Shown in pieces: positions 46,917 through 58,381 of a stretch of DNA of 64,000 nucleotides. The notes under the pieces were generated by a model. The model saw only the letters and a program-made list of their open reading frames with translations, ran no database searches and was not told the origin of the DNA. Numbering within the stretch: position 1 is the stretch's first letter; each line of letters begins with the position of its first letter. Position numbers and translations under genes: made by a program. Origin of the DNA: Anaerolineae bacterium (GTDB lineage: Bacteria > Chloroflexota > Anaerolineae > JAAEKA01); contig JBAQCH010000385.1 of assembly GCA_049294015.1 (NCBI GenBank), positions 1,111-65,110 of the forward strand. The letters are read 5' to 3'.

Positions 46917-49280
46917 GTGACACTCAAGACCTACAAAGACGGAACCCCCTTTACCGGCATCATTGGGCGCACCATCGAGGAGTCCTCGCCAGCCTGGCCG
47001 GATGCGCCGCGCCCCACAGAGGGCGCGCCCAACGTGCTCTTCTTCGTGCTGGATGACGTGGGCTATGGGCAGTTGTCCTGTTTCGGCGGGCTGGTCGAGA
47101 CGCCCGTCATCGACAGCCTGGCCGATAACGGCCTGCGCTACACCAACATGAACACCACCGCGGTCTGCTCGCCCACGCGCGCTTGTATCCTGACCGGGCG
47201 CAATCACCATTCAGTCGGGATGGCCTCGATTACCGAGACCTCCACCGGCTATCCCGGCTACAACGGCATGCTGCCCTTCGACCGGGGCATGCTCAGCGAG
47301 ATGCTGCTGCAGAAGGGCTACAACACCTTCTGCATCGGCAAGTGGCACCTGACTCCCCCCGAACACACCACACCCGCCGGCCCCTACGATCGCTGGCCGC
47401 TGGGCCGCGGCTTCGAGCGTTTCTATGGCTTCCTGGGCGGAGAAACCCACCAGTGGTATCCGGAGCTGGTCTACGATAACCACGAGGTCGAGCAGCCCAA
47501 GTCGCCAGAGGAAGGCTACCACCTGAGCGCCGACCTGGCCGACAAGGCCATCGAGTTCATCCAGGATTCGCAGGTCAACGCGCCAGACAAGCCCTTCTTC
47601 ATGTATTACGCCACGGGCGCCGGCCACGCGCCGCACCACGTGCCCAAGGAGTGGGCCGACAAGTACAAGGGCAAATTCGACATGGGCTGGGACGAGTACC
47701 GCAAGATTGTCCACCAGCGCCAGCTCGACATGGGCATCCTCCCGCCGGGCACCGAACTGTCGGCGCACGACCCGGACGTGCCCGTGTGGGACACGCTGCC
47801 GGATGACGCCAAGCGGCTCTATGCCCGTATGATGGAAGTCTATGCCGGCTTCATGAGCTTCACCGACTACCACTTCGGGCGCATCCTTGACTTCCTGCGC
47901 GAGATTGGCGAGCTGGACAATACGCTGATCATGGTCATCTCCGACAACGGCGCCAGCTCCGAGGGCGGTCCGGTCGGCTCGCTCAATGAGATGTTCTTCT
48001 TCAACAATGTCAAAGAGTCGCTCGAAGATAATCTCAAGATGATCGACCAGCTGGGCGGCGTCGAATCCCTCAACCACTATGCCTGGGGGTGGGCCAACGC
48101 CGGCAATACGCCCTTCCGCCGCTGGAAACGCGAGACCTACCGCGGCGGCGCCACCGACGCCTGCATCGTGTCGTGGCCCAAGAGCATTCAGGGGCGCGGC
48201 GAGATTCGGACGCAGTACGGGCACGCCATCGATCTCGTTCCGACCGTTTTGGAAGCCTTGGGCATGGAAGCGCCGGAGAGCATCCGCGGCGTGACCCAGG
48301 CGCCTATCGACGGGATCAGCTTTGCCCACACCTTCAACGACGCGGCTGCGCCCAGCAACCACCACACCCAGTACTTTGAGATGTTCGGCCATCGCTCCAT
48401 CTACCACGACGGCTGGCGGGCGGTCTGCCCCTGGCCGGGGACCAGCTTCACCGAGGCCGCCAAGAAGGGCCGCGCCTTTGGCTCCCCCATTCCCAACGAG
48501 GTTCTCATGGACATCGAGACCCACGATTGGGAGCTCTACCGCGTGGACGAGGATTATGCCGAATGCCACAACCTGGCCGCCGAACAGCGCGACAAGCTGA
48601 TCGAAATGATCGGCCGCTGGTGGGCCGAAGCAGGCAAGTACAATGTTCTGCCTATCGACGGCGATGTCCGCAGCCGCCTCGTCGTGGAACGTCCGACCAT
48701 CGCCAAGCCGAGGAACAAGATCGTCCTGTACCCCGGCGGGTCGTCAATCCCCTTCGCTGCCACGCCCAAGCTGTACAACCGGCCGTGGAGCATCACGGCT
48801 GATGTCGTGATCCCTGAGGGCGGCGCAGAGGGGGTGTTGCTGGCCCAGGGAGGGCGCACTGGCGGTTACGTCTTCTTTGTCAAAGACCAGCGACTCCACT
48901 TCCTGTACAACTTCATCGGCCGGGACAAGTTCTGGCTACATTCCAACCAGACCATCCCGGAGGGCGACGTCGAGCTGCGCTACGAGTTCGAGCCGACGGG
49001 CCAGCCCGACCCCGCCCAGGGGTACGGCGTGCCGGCGCGCGGCCAGCTGTACATCAACCGCAAGTTGGTGGGCAGCATTGACATGCCCTACTCGATCCTG
49101 TTCATCTTCGGGACGCAGGGCCTTTCCTGCGGCTACGATGCCGGCGACCCTGCGGCGCCGGAGGAATACAGCGGTGCGTTCCGCTTCACCGGCACCATCA
49201 AGCGTGTCACGATCGATCTGTCCGGCGATCTGATCCCGGATACGGAAGCTGACATGAAGATCGCCATGCGGCGGCAGTAA
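46917..49280 (+). CDS. arylsulfatase (Cys-type sulfatase, formylglycine-dependent)
   Basis: sulfatase core with CSPTRACILTGR; 787 aa with C-terminal beta-sandwich extension; GTG start after AAAGGAG RBS. Confidence 0.8.
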   Translation: MTLKTYKDGTPFTGIIGRTIEESSPAWPDAPRPTEGAPNVLFFVLDDVGYGQLSCFGGLVETPVIDSLADNGLRYTNMNTTAVCSPTRACILTGRNHHSVGMASITETSTGYPGYNGMLPFDRGMLSEMLLQKGYNTFCIGKWHLTPPEHTTPAGPYDRWPLGRGFERFYGFLGGETHQWYPELVYDNHEVEQPKSPEEGYHLSADLADKAIEFIQDSQVNAPDKPFFMYYATGAGHAPHHVPKEWADKYKGKFDMGWDEYRKIVHQRQLDMGILPPGTELSAHDPDVPVWDTLPDDAKRLYARMMEVYAGFMSFTDYHFGRILDFLREIGELDNTLIMVISDNGASSEGGPVGSLNEMFFFNNVKESLEDNLKMIDQLGGVESLNHYAWGWANAGNTPFRRWKRETYRGGATDACIVSWPKSIQGRGEIRTQYGHAIDLVPTVLEALGMEAPESIRGVTQAPIDGISFAHTFNDAAAPSNHHTQYFEMFGHRSIYHDGWRAVCPWPGTSFTEAAKKGRAFGSPIPNEVLMDIETHDWELYRVDEDYAECHNLAAEQRDKLIEMIGRWWAEAGKYNVLPIDGDVRSRLVVERPTIAKPRNKIVLYPGGSSIPFAATPKLYNRPWSITADVVIPEGGAEGVLLAQGGRTGGYVFFVKDQRLHFLYNFIGRDKFWLHSNQTIPEGDVELRYEFEPTGQPDPAQGYGVPARGQLYINRKLVGSIDMPYSILFIFGTQGLSCGYDAGDPAAPEEYSGAFRFTGTIKRVTIDLSGDLIPDTEADMKIAMRRQ

Positions 49281-49309
49281 CGTCAGCGACCGATGGGAGC
49301 TTTTGGGAC

Positions 49310-50548
49310 ATGGAAGAGCGTATCCAACCCCGACCCTACCTGATGCTGCTGCTGCTGGCCGCGCTGCTGGGCCTGATCAGCGCAGTGATCACGTTCACCT
49401 TCATCGCCTTGGTGGACGGCGCAGCCTCGGCCGTCTGGGAAACGGCGGCCGAGGCTATCGGCCTGTCGATGCCGGTCTTCACGCTGTTGGTCTGTATGCT
49501 GGGCGGCCTCCTGGTGGGCGTGCTGGTCAAGGTCTTCGGCGATCACTCCGGCATCTTCGCCGAGATGATGGCCGAGTTCGGCCACACCGGCCGCTTCAAC
49601 TACCGCCAGGCGCCCGGCATCGTGCTCACTGCGTTCGTATCGCTGGTGAGCGGCGGCAGCCTCGGCCCCGAGGCGCCCATGGCCGACGCCTGCGGCAGCG
49701 CGGGCACCTGGTTGGCGGAACGGCTGAAGCTGGACGAGCGTAGCACGCGCTCGCTGGGCTTCTCTGGCCTCAGCGGCATGCTGGCTTCTTTCATCACCTC
49801 GCCCTTCGGCGGCGCGCTGTTGAGCCTTGAGGCGGCGCGCGGCGGCGTCTCTTACCCGTGGATACTGATCCCCAGCCTGGTGGCATCGGCCGTGGGCACC
49901 GTTGCGTTCTTGGTGCTCAGCCAGGAGTACTTCGGCAGCCTCTACACCTTCCCCGACTACGCGCCACGCGTGACAGACCTTGCCTGGGCCGTGCCGCTGG
50001 GCCTGTTGGGCGCACTGGCGGGGGCCATCTTCATCCTGGCCATCCGCACCCTGCGCAGGCTGTTGGCGCCGTTGCGTAGCCGGCTGATCGTGCGCGGTCT
50101 CCTCGGCGGCCTGATCCTGGGCATCGCCGGCGCCCTGCTGCCGCTGGTCCTCTTCTCGGGCGAGCAACAGACCCATGTCCTGATCCAGGACGCGGCCGCT
50201 ATCGGCGTGATCCAGCTAATCGTCATGGCCCTGGTGAAGCTGTTGATCACCGCGCTGCTGTTGGTCACCGGCTGGAAAGGGGGCTACATCTTCCCGACCA
50301 TGTTTGCCGGCGTGGCGCTGGGCATGGCGGCGAATCTGGTATTTCCAAGTATTCCGGCGCCGGTGGCCGTGGCCGCGACCATGGGCGGCGCGATGGTGGC
50401 CACGATGAAGGCGCCCATCTTCTCGGCGCTGTTCGTCGCGCTGATGGTGCAAAGCAGCACCGGCCCCGTCATCGCTATCGCCGTAGTCGTCGGCTTGCTG
50501 GCCACCGCACGGCTCTCCTTGGTGCAGGCACCATCTCCAAAAGGTTGA
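49310..50548 (+). CDS. ClC-family voltage-gated chloride channel/transporter (short form)
   Basis: 412 aa; GSLGPEAP and GGYIFPTMF selectivity-filter-like motifs. Confidence 0.7.
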   Translation: MEERIQPRPYLMLLLLAALLGLISAVITFTFIALVDGAASAVWETAAEAIGLSMPVFTLLVCMLGGLLVGVLVKVFGDHSGIFAEMMAEFGHTGRFNYRQAPGIVLTAFVSLVSGGSLGPEAPMADACGSAGTWLAERLKLDERSTRSLGFSGLSGMLASFITSPFGGALLSLEAARGGVSYPWILIPSLVASAVGTVAFLVLSQEYFGSLYTFPDYAPRVTDLAWAVPLGLLGALAGAIFILAIRTLRRLLAPLRSRLIVRGLLGGLILGIAGALLPLVLFSGEQQTHVLIQDAAAIGVIQLIVMALVKLLITALLLVTGWKGGYIFPTMFAGVALGMAANLVFPSIPAPVAVAATMGGAMVATMKAPIFSALFVALMVQSSTGPVIAIAVVVGLLATARLSLVQAPSPKG

Positions 50549-50594
50549 CGTCCATACCGCGATGCTGCGCCAGCGGCGCTGAAGGTGATTTTCA

Positions 50595-50884
50595 ATGGCA
50601 CGCAAGTCGAAGAGCAACTCCAAGGGACAGTCCGCACAGGAGTTCGCCGTGGTCGGCCTGGGCCGTTTCGGCGCCAGCCTGGCGCGGCGGCTGGATGCCA
50701 TGGGCCACACCGTGCTCGGCGTAGACGGCGACATGGCGCGCGTGCAAGCCATCGCCGATGATATCACGTCGGCCGTCGCCCTGGACGTGACCAACGAGGA
50801 TGCGCTGGAGGAGGTCGACATCGCCTCCTTCGGCACGGTGATCATCGCCATGGCCGATGATTTCGAGGCCAGCGCGCGATCTCG
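50595..50884 (+). pseudogene. ktrA/trkA N-terminal fragment (RCK_N NAD-binding domain only)
   Basis: VVGLGRFGASLARRLDAMGHTVLGVDGD... Rossmann RCK_N; the frame degenerates into Arg-rich junk after about 93 aa. Confidence 0.5.
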
Positions 50885-51196
50885 ATGGCGACGGTGTGGC
50901 GCGCCCTCACCGTGCTCTTCATCAGCCTTGGCGCGGTCCTGATCGCGACCTGGCTGTTGCTGTTCACTCAGGACCTGGCCCTCAGCCCAGCGCTGTTCGA
51001 AGTTGTCTCGGCGTTCTCCACCACCGGCCTGTCGCTCGGCGTGACGGGGCAACTGGACACCTTGGGCCGGCTGGTGATCATCGCCCTCATGTTCTGGGGA
51101 CGGCTGGGCGCCATCACCATCGTGCTCCTGCTGCTGAAACGCCGCGGGCATGACAGCCTGGTGAAGTATCCCGAGGAGCTGGTTCTGGTTGGATGA
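50885..51196 (+). pseudogene. ktrB/trkH C-terminal fragment
   Basis: ALFEVVSAFSTTGLSLGVTG...GRLVIIALMFWGRLGAITIV is the terminal repeat-D pore/TM region of the KtrB/TrkH family; about 100 aa only. Confidence 0.5.
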
Positions 51197-51232
51197 TGGC
51201 TGGTTGACCATCGAGCGCGCCGGGCATTTTGC

Positions 51233-51952
51233 TTGACCGTGTTCTGGCCTGGCATGAGAACTATGACTGAGACACCACCTATCTTGAGCCGCCAAGCGCT
51301 CACAACGCCGCGCGCCGCGGCCATCGCCGGCATTGCCTTTTCGCTGCTCCTCATCGCCAGCTTGGCGCTGGTCCGCCTGGCCGTCCCGCAAGACCCGCAG
51401 GACGCCGGCGAGTGGTTGGAGGGCGGCTGGCGCAGCGTCACGCTGGCGCTGAACCTGCTGCCCTTCGCCGGCATCGCCTTCCTGTGGTTCATCGGCGTGG
51501 TGCGCGACCGGCTGGGCGCGCGCGAGGATCGCTTCTTCGCCACCGTGTTCCTAGGCAGCGGCCTGCTCTTCCTGGCCATGCTGTTCGCCTCGGCGGCCGT
51601 GGCCGGCGGCATCCTGCGCGTCTACGGGGCCACGCCCGGCCTGTTGATCGAGTCGGGCATCTACACCTTCGGCCGCACCGTGACCTACGAGATCATGAAC
51701 GTCTACGCCATGAAGATGGCCGGCGTGTTCATGATCTCCACCAGCACACTGTCGTTGCGCACCGGCATCGTCCCGCGCTGGATGGCGTTTCTGGGTTTTG
51801 CCCTGGCGCTCTTCCTGCTCTTCAGCCTCGGCCTCTTCTACTGGGCGCCGCTGGTCTTTCCGCTGTGGGTGCTGCTGATCAGCTTGCACATTCTGCTGGC
51901 CAATATGCGTTCGTCGCAAAGCCAGAAGGCGGCAGTCAAGATCGAAGAGTGA
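51233..51952 (+). CDS. hypothetical multi-TM membrane protein
   Basis: 239 aa hydrophobic; start uncertain. Confidence 0.45.
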   Translation: MTVFWPGMRTMTETPPILSRQALTTPRAAAIAGIAFSLLLIASLALVRLAVPQDPQDAGEWLEGGWRSVTLALNLLPFAGIAFLWFIGVVRDRLGAREDRFFATVFLGSGLLFLAMLFASAAVAGGILRVYGATPGLLIESGIYTFGRTVTYEIMNVYAMKMAGVFMISTSTLSLRTGIVPRWMAFLGFALALFLLFSLGLFYWAPLVFPLWVLLISLHILLANMRSSQSQKAAVKIEE

Positions 51953-52037
51953 CACCTTGGTCAGCTATCCTGGGCCAGCTTCCAGGGCAGACAAATCGTA
52001 CCAAACTTCCACCCACACATACGCAAGGAGGCTGCAC

Positions 52038-52844
52038 ATGGCGCAGAGCACGCAGCAGGAGAATGGTGAGCTCAAAGCCATCGGTTATGAGTTATTCATC
52101 GGCGCGCTCTCTATTCTGTCGATCATCAACCTCATCCTGCTCCTGTTTATCAAGAATGACAGTCTGGATTACGTCATCGGCATCATCAATGCCATCATGA
52201 TGCCGATCTTTATCGGCGACTTCCTCTACCGTTTTTTCACGACTGAAAGCAAGTCGAACTATTTCTTCCGCAACTTTGGTTGGGCTGACCTGCTCTCCAG
52301 CCTGCCCTTTCCCAACGCCAAGATCCTGCGCCTGTTCCGGCTCTGGCGTGTGTTCCGCCTGTTCGTTCGCTTTGGCGCGCGCAACCTGCTCGACGAGTTC
52401 ATCAGCCACCGCGCCCAAAATGCCCTGTTGACGGTGGTGTTCCTGGTGCTGTGCGTCTTGCAGTTCGGCGCGCTGGCCGTGCTGCGCGCAGAGCTGGCGG
52501 CCCCCGATGCCAACATCAAGACGGCCTCTGACGCGATCTGGTGGACCTTCGTGACCATCACCACGGTGGGTTATGGCGACCGCTTCCCAACCTCCAACTG
52601 GGGCCGGATTATCGGCGTGTTCGTCATGATCGCCGGCGTGGGCCTGTTCGGCACCCTCAGCGGTTTCCTGGCCAACCAATTCCTCACGCCGCCAGCCCCG
52701 AAAGAACCGGAAGCGCCAGCCGAGGCGCCGGCCCCGACTGATCCCAAGGCGCGCATCGCCGAGTTGAGGCAAATGTTGGCGGCGCAGGAGCAGGCCAACG
52801 CTGACCTGCGCGCCAAGCTGGAGGAGATCGACCAACTTCTCTAG
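52038..52844 (+). CDS. voltage-gated K+ channel (6TM Kv-type) with C-terminal coiled coil
   Basis: S4 RILRLFRLWRVFRLFVRF; pore TVGYGD; AAGGAGG RBS at the 52038 ATG. Confidence 0.8.
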   Translation: MAQSTQQENGELKAIGYELFIGALSILSIINLILLLFIKNDSLDYVIGIINAIMMPIFIGDFLYRFFTTESKSNYFFRNFGWADLLSSLPFPNAKILRLFRLWRVFRLFVRFGARNLLDEFISHRAQNALLTVVFLVLCVLQFGALAVLRAELAAPDANIKTASDAIWWTFVTITTVGYGDRFPTSNWGRIIGVFVMIAGVGLFGTLSGFLANQFLTPPAPKEPEAPAEAPAPTDPKARIAELRQMLAAQEQANADLRAKLEEIDQLL

Positions 52845-52863
52845 GAATCCCTTCTACCTTGCC

Positions 52864-54735
52864 ATGCCAACACAAACACAAAACTTCACCCCCACCGGCC
52901 TGCGCCGCTGGCTGCCCATCATGCAATGGCTGCCGCGCTATGACCGCTCCTGGCTGCGCGGCGACGTGATCGCCGGGCTGACGGTCGTTGCGCTGATCGT
53001 GCCCGAAGGCATGGCCTACGCTAGCCTGGCCGGCATGCCGCCCGAGACGGCGCTCTACGGCGCGTGGATCGCGTTGGTGCTCTATGCCATCTTCGGCGGC
53101 TCGCGCCAGATCGTCGTCGGCGCCTCGTCGGCCATCGCGGTCATGTCGGCCGGCATCATCGCAGGCTACGCGCCTGCCAACAGCGCCGAGTTCATCGCGC
53201 TCAGCGCCGGCCTGGCCCTGCTGACTGGCGCAGTAGCGATCCTGGCCGGCCTCCTGCGCCTGGGTCGCATCGCCCAGTTCTTCTCCGAGTCGGTGCTGGT
53301 CGGCTTCGTCTCCGGCCTGGCCCTGGTCATCGCCATCAAGCAGGTGCCCAAGCTGTTCGGCCTGGAGGCCGGCGAGGGCAACTTCTGGCAGCGCCTCGTC
53401 GACCTGGTCACCCACCTGTCCGAGACCCACTTGTTGACGCTGGCCGTCGGCGCCGCCAGCCTGGTTCTGCTGCTCTTCATTGAACGGCGCTTCCACCGCT
53501 TCCCGGCCGCGCTGGCTGCGTTGGTGTTTGGCATCGGCGTGGCGACCATCTTCGGCCTCGAAGCGCTGGGCGTACACGTCGTGGGCGCCATCCCGGCTGG
53601 GCTGGCTATGCCGCAACTGCCCGACGTCACCGTGCAGCAACTCGTGCAGCTCATCCCCGGCGCGCTGGGCATCACGCTGGTGATCTTCGCCGAGGGCATC
53701 GGCCCCTTGCGCTCCTTCGCCGGCAAATACCGCTATCCGCTGAGCTCCGACCAGGAGCTGATCGCCCTGGGGGCCAGCAACGCCGGCGCCGGCCTGTTCC
53801 AGTCGTTCACGGTGGGCGTCAGCCTGTCGCGCTCGGGCGCCAACGACGCGGCCGGCGCGCGCAGCCAGGTCTCCGGGCTGGTGGCCGCGGCCATCACCAT
53901 CCTGGTGGCCCTCTTCCTGACGCCGCTGTTCTACAACCTGCCCGAGGCCACGCTGGCTGCCATCGTCATCGTGGCCGTCGCGCGCATGTTCAAGTGGCAG
54001 GCTATCCAGCGGCTCTGGCAGGTGCGCCGGCTGGACTTCGCGCTGGCCATGCTGACCCTGCTGGGCGTCCTCACCTTCCAGGAGGTGCTGACTGGCCTGC
54101 TGGTGGCGGTCGTCGTCTCGCTGATCGCCTTGGTGCTGCGCGCCAGCCAGGCTCGGGTCAGCGTGCTGGGGCGCGAGCCGGGACGCCTGACCTTTGCCAG
54201 CGTCGAGACCCAGCCCGAGATGGAGACGGTACCCGGCCTGCTGATCGTCCGGCCTGACGAGGGCCTCTACTTCGCCAATGCGGCCCCGCTCCGCGAGAAC
54301 ATTCGGGCGCTGGCGATGACAGCCGATCCTCCCGTCACCTCTGTGGTGGTCGACCTGGAGATGACCAACGACCTGGACGCACCCAGCGCGCACGAGTTGG
54401 CCGAGCTGCACGCCGACCTGGCAGCGGCCGGGGTTCACCTGATGCTGGCGCGCGTGCATACGCCGGCGCGCGCGGTGCTGGACCGCAGCGGCGCCACCGA
54501 GGAGCTCGGCGCGGAGAACCTACATCCCCGCGTGTTGGCGGCGGTGGCCATGCATCTGAAGCGCACAGGGGACGGCAGCGAGGTCCTCGGCATGTCGGCC
54601 GACAGCCTGCAACGCCTGATCGACGTGATCGACGCCCAAATCCCGGGCGTGACCGGCGATGACCAAGAGCGCCTGACCACCCTGCGGCAGCGTCTCCAAG
54701 CGGCTCTGGATTCCATCGAGCGGGTGGATTCTTAA
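52864..54735 (+). CDS. SulP-family sulfate/anion permease with STAS domain
   Basis: 623 aa; WLPRYDRSWLRGDVIAGLTV..., STAS C-terminus. Confidence 0.8.
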   Translation: MPTQTQNFTPTGLRRWLPIMQWLPRYDRSWLRGDVIAGLTVVALIVPEGMAYASLAGMPPETALYGAWIALVLYAIFGGSRQIVVGASSAIAVMSAGIIAGYAPANSAEFIALSAGLALLTGAVAILAGLLRLGRIAQFFSESVLVGFVSGLALVIAIKQVPKLFGLEAGEGNFWQRLVDLVTHLSETHLLTLAVGAASLVLLLFIERRFHRFPAALAALVFGIGVATIFGLEALGVHVVGAIPAGLAMPQLPDVTVQQLVQLIPGALGITLVIFAEGIGPLRSFAGKYRYPLSSDQELIALGASNAGAGLFQSFTVGVSLSRSGANDAAGARSQVSGLVAAAITILVALFLTPLFYNLPEATLAAIVIVAVARMFKWQAIQRLWQVRRLDFALAMLTLLGVLTFQEVLTGLLVAVVVSLIALVLRASQARVSVLGREPGRLTFASVETQPEMETVPGLLIVRPDEGLYFANAAPLRENIRALAMTADPPVTSVVVDLEMTNDLDAPSAHELAELHADLAAAGVHLMLARVHTPARAVLDRSGATEELGAENLHPRVLAAVAMHLKRTGDGSEVLGMSADSLQRLIDVIDAQIPGVTGDDQERLTTLRQRLQAALDSIERVDS

Positions 54736-54979
54736 CAGGATTAACAGGATTTGTCGCCGCTGACGCAGACAAGAATCCTCACCGTGTTTGTACTTGCTTG
54801 ATCTTGGACGCAGATTTGCCTGAAAAACGCAGATCGGAAAACAATAACCTGTCATTCTTCCCCCTCTGATCAGCGTAAATCGGTGTAAATCAGCGTCCCA
54901 TTGCTCGCTTTCAAAAGCACTGCAAAGATAGTCAATCCTGTCGATCCCGTGAATCCTGTCGAATAGGAGCGTTCCTGTC

Positions 54980-56692
54980 GTGCAACAGCTTTCCGACGCC
55001 GCGCAGACCCTGAAGCCTGAGCGCCGGCATCTCAACGCCGACCTGCTGGCTGGGCTGACCTTTGCGGTCGTCAACGTGCCGCAGGCCATGGCCCACGCGC
55101 TGTTGGCCACGGTCAACCCGGTGCTGGGCATCTACACGCTGATGATGGCCGTGCCCATCGGCGCGCTCTTCACCAGTTCGGTCTACATGAACGTCTCCAC
55201 CACCAGCGCATTGTCGGTGGCGGCCGGCGCTGGGCTGGCGGGCATCCCCAGCGAGCAGAAGGCACAGGCGTTGGTGGCGCTGGTGTTGATGATGGGCGTG
55301 ATCCAGTTGCTGGCCGGCATCCTCAAGCTGGGTTTTCTAGTGCGCTTCGTCTCCAACTCGGTGATGATCGGCTTTCTCAACGGCGTGGCCGTGCTGATCA
55401 TCCTGGGCCAACTGGGCGACCTGACTGGCTACGACAGCGTCTACTCCAACAGGCTGGCCCAAACCCTCGATCTGCTGCTGCACCTGGACAGCATCAACCT
55501 GCAAGCGACCTTCATCGGGCTATTGACCCTGGGGCTAATGGTGTTATTACTCAGGACATCGCTGAGCAAGTTCGCCTTCATCATCGCCATCGCCGCATCC
55601 ACCCTGTTGCTGGCCCTGCTGACTCTGCCCGCCCTGGCCACGTCCACCGCGTTCGCATCGGTCCAGACAGTGGGCGACATCGCCGACATCCCGCGCTCGC
55701 TGCCCAGGCTGGCGCTGCCAGAGCCCGCGCTGATCGTCAAGATGCTGTTGCCGGCTTTCTCGGTGGCGATCATCGGCCTGATCCAGGGCGCGGGTGTCAG
55801 CCAGGGCTACCCCAACCCCAACGGCAAGTATCCCGACGTCTCGCGCGACTTCCTGGGCCAGGGTGCGGCCAACATCGCCACCAGCCTGGTGGGCGGCGTG
55901 CCGGCCGGCGGCTCGATCTCCGGCACTGCGCTGATCATGAGCGCCGGCGCCAAATCGCGCTGGGCCAACATCTCTGTCGGTGTGTTCGTCGTCGCCATCG
56001 TGTTGTTGGCGGCGCCGCTGGTCGAGTCGGTGCCAATGCCCGCGCTGGCCGCGCTGCTGATCGTGGCTGGCTTCCAGGGGCTGCGGGTGCAGCAGGCAAT
56101 TACGGTCAGGAACACCGGCCGGGTGACGGGCGTGGTGATGGCCCTCACCTTCGTCGCCACGCTGCTGGTGCCTTTGCAGTACGCCGTGCTGGTCGGTGTG
56201 GCGTTCAGCATTCTGCTCCACGTCTTCCGCCAGTCCAACAAGGTGGTGGTCACAGAGATCGTACCGGTGGCCGGCGGATTTCCGGAGGAGCGGCCGGCGC
56301 CCAAGGCGCTTCCCAGCCATCAACTGACCATGTTGTGGGTCTACGGCAGCCTGTTCTTTGCCGCCGCCAAGAGCCTGGAGGAGATGCTGCCTGAGCTGGA
56401 CGAGGCGACCCATGCCGTGGTAGCCATCGGTCTGCGCGGCAAGAGCGAGATCGGCAGCACCTTCGTCGCCGTCCTGCAGCGCTATGCCGAAGCTTTGCAG
56501 GCGCACAACAGCAAGCTGATGCTGGTGGGTGTGGATCCAGCCGTGCGCAGCCAACTGGTGAAGACCGGCCTGCTCGCGCTGCTCGGCGAGGAGAACGTTT
56601 TCATGGCCACGCCGCGGCTGGGCGAGGCCATGAACCAGGCGGCGACGGCGGCCCACGCCTGGCTGGGCCAGGAGCCGGCAGCGAAGGCATGA
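54980..56692 (+). CDS. SulP-family anion permease with STAS domain
   Basis: 570 aa; GTG start; SulP TM core plus STAS. Confidence 0.75.
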   Translation: MQQLSDAAQTLKPERRHLNADLLAGLTFAVVNVPQAMAHALLATVNPVLGIYTLMMAVPIGALFTSSVYMNVSTTSALSVAAGAGLAGIPSEQKAQALVALVLMMGVIQLLAGILKLGFLVRFVSNSVMIGFLNGVAVLIILGQLGDLTGYDSVYSNRLAQTLDLLLHLDSINLQATFIGLLTLGLMVLLLRTSLSKFAFIIAIAASTLLLALLTLPALATSTAFASVQTVGDIADIPRSLPRLALPEPALIVKMLLPAFSVAIIGLIQGAGVSQGYPNPNGKYPDVSRDFLGQGAANIATSLVGGVPAGGSISGTALIMSAGAKSRWANISVGVFVVAIVLLAAPLVESVPMPALAALLIVAGFQGLRVQQAITVRNTGRVTGVVMALTFVATLLVPLQYAVLVGVAFSILLHVFRQSNKVVVTEIVPVAGGFPEERPAPKALPSHQLTMLWVYGSLFFAAAKSLEEMLPELDEATHAVVAIGLRGKSEIGSTFVAVLQRYAEALQAHNSKLMLVGVDPAVRSQLVKTGLLALLGEENVFMATPRLGEAMNQAATAAHAWLGQEPAAKA

Positions 56693-56971
56693 CCGCGGGC
56701 ATGATAGCACTCCACACTGAACTGTGGAGCTTGCCCGGCGCCGAAGCCCCACCTTTCCAAGGCGGGGTGCTGAACTGGGTTGCCGTGGGTTGTTGTCCGC
56801 AAAGATGTGCGTACAATGGCTCCCGTACCTTCCTAGTGCAGCGATATGCACCCACCCCGTAGTACCGCCTGATGGCAGGAGACAACCTGATGCGCTTTTT
56901 CAACACCGAAGGCCCGGTCAACTGCCAGGATCACGACGGCTTGCCCATCACCGTGTGGGGAATGTAGCCCG

Positions 56972-58377
<1,406 letters not shown>

Positions 58378-58381
<4 letters not shown>

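Noticed and set aside
47211-48569. 452-aa minus-strand ORF opposite the arylsulfatase
   Set aside because: Antisense artefact; sulfatase signature on the + strand.
52684-56851. 591-aa and 434-aa minus-strand ORFs opposite SulP no. 2 and SulP no. 3
   Set aside because: Antisense artefacts of high-GC transporter genes.
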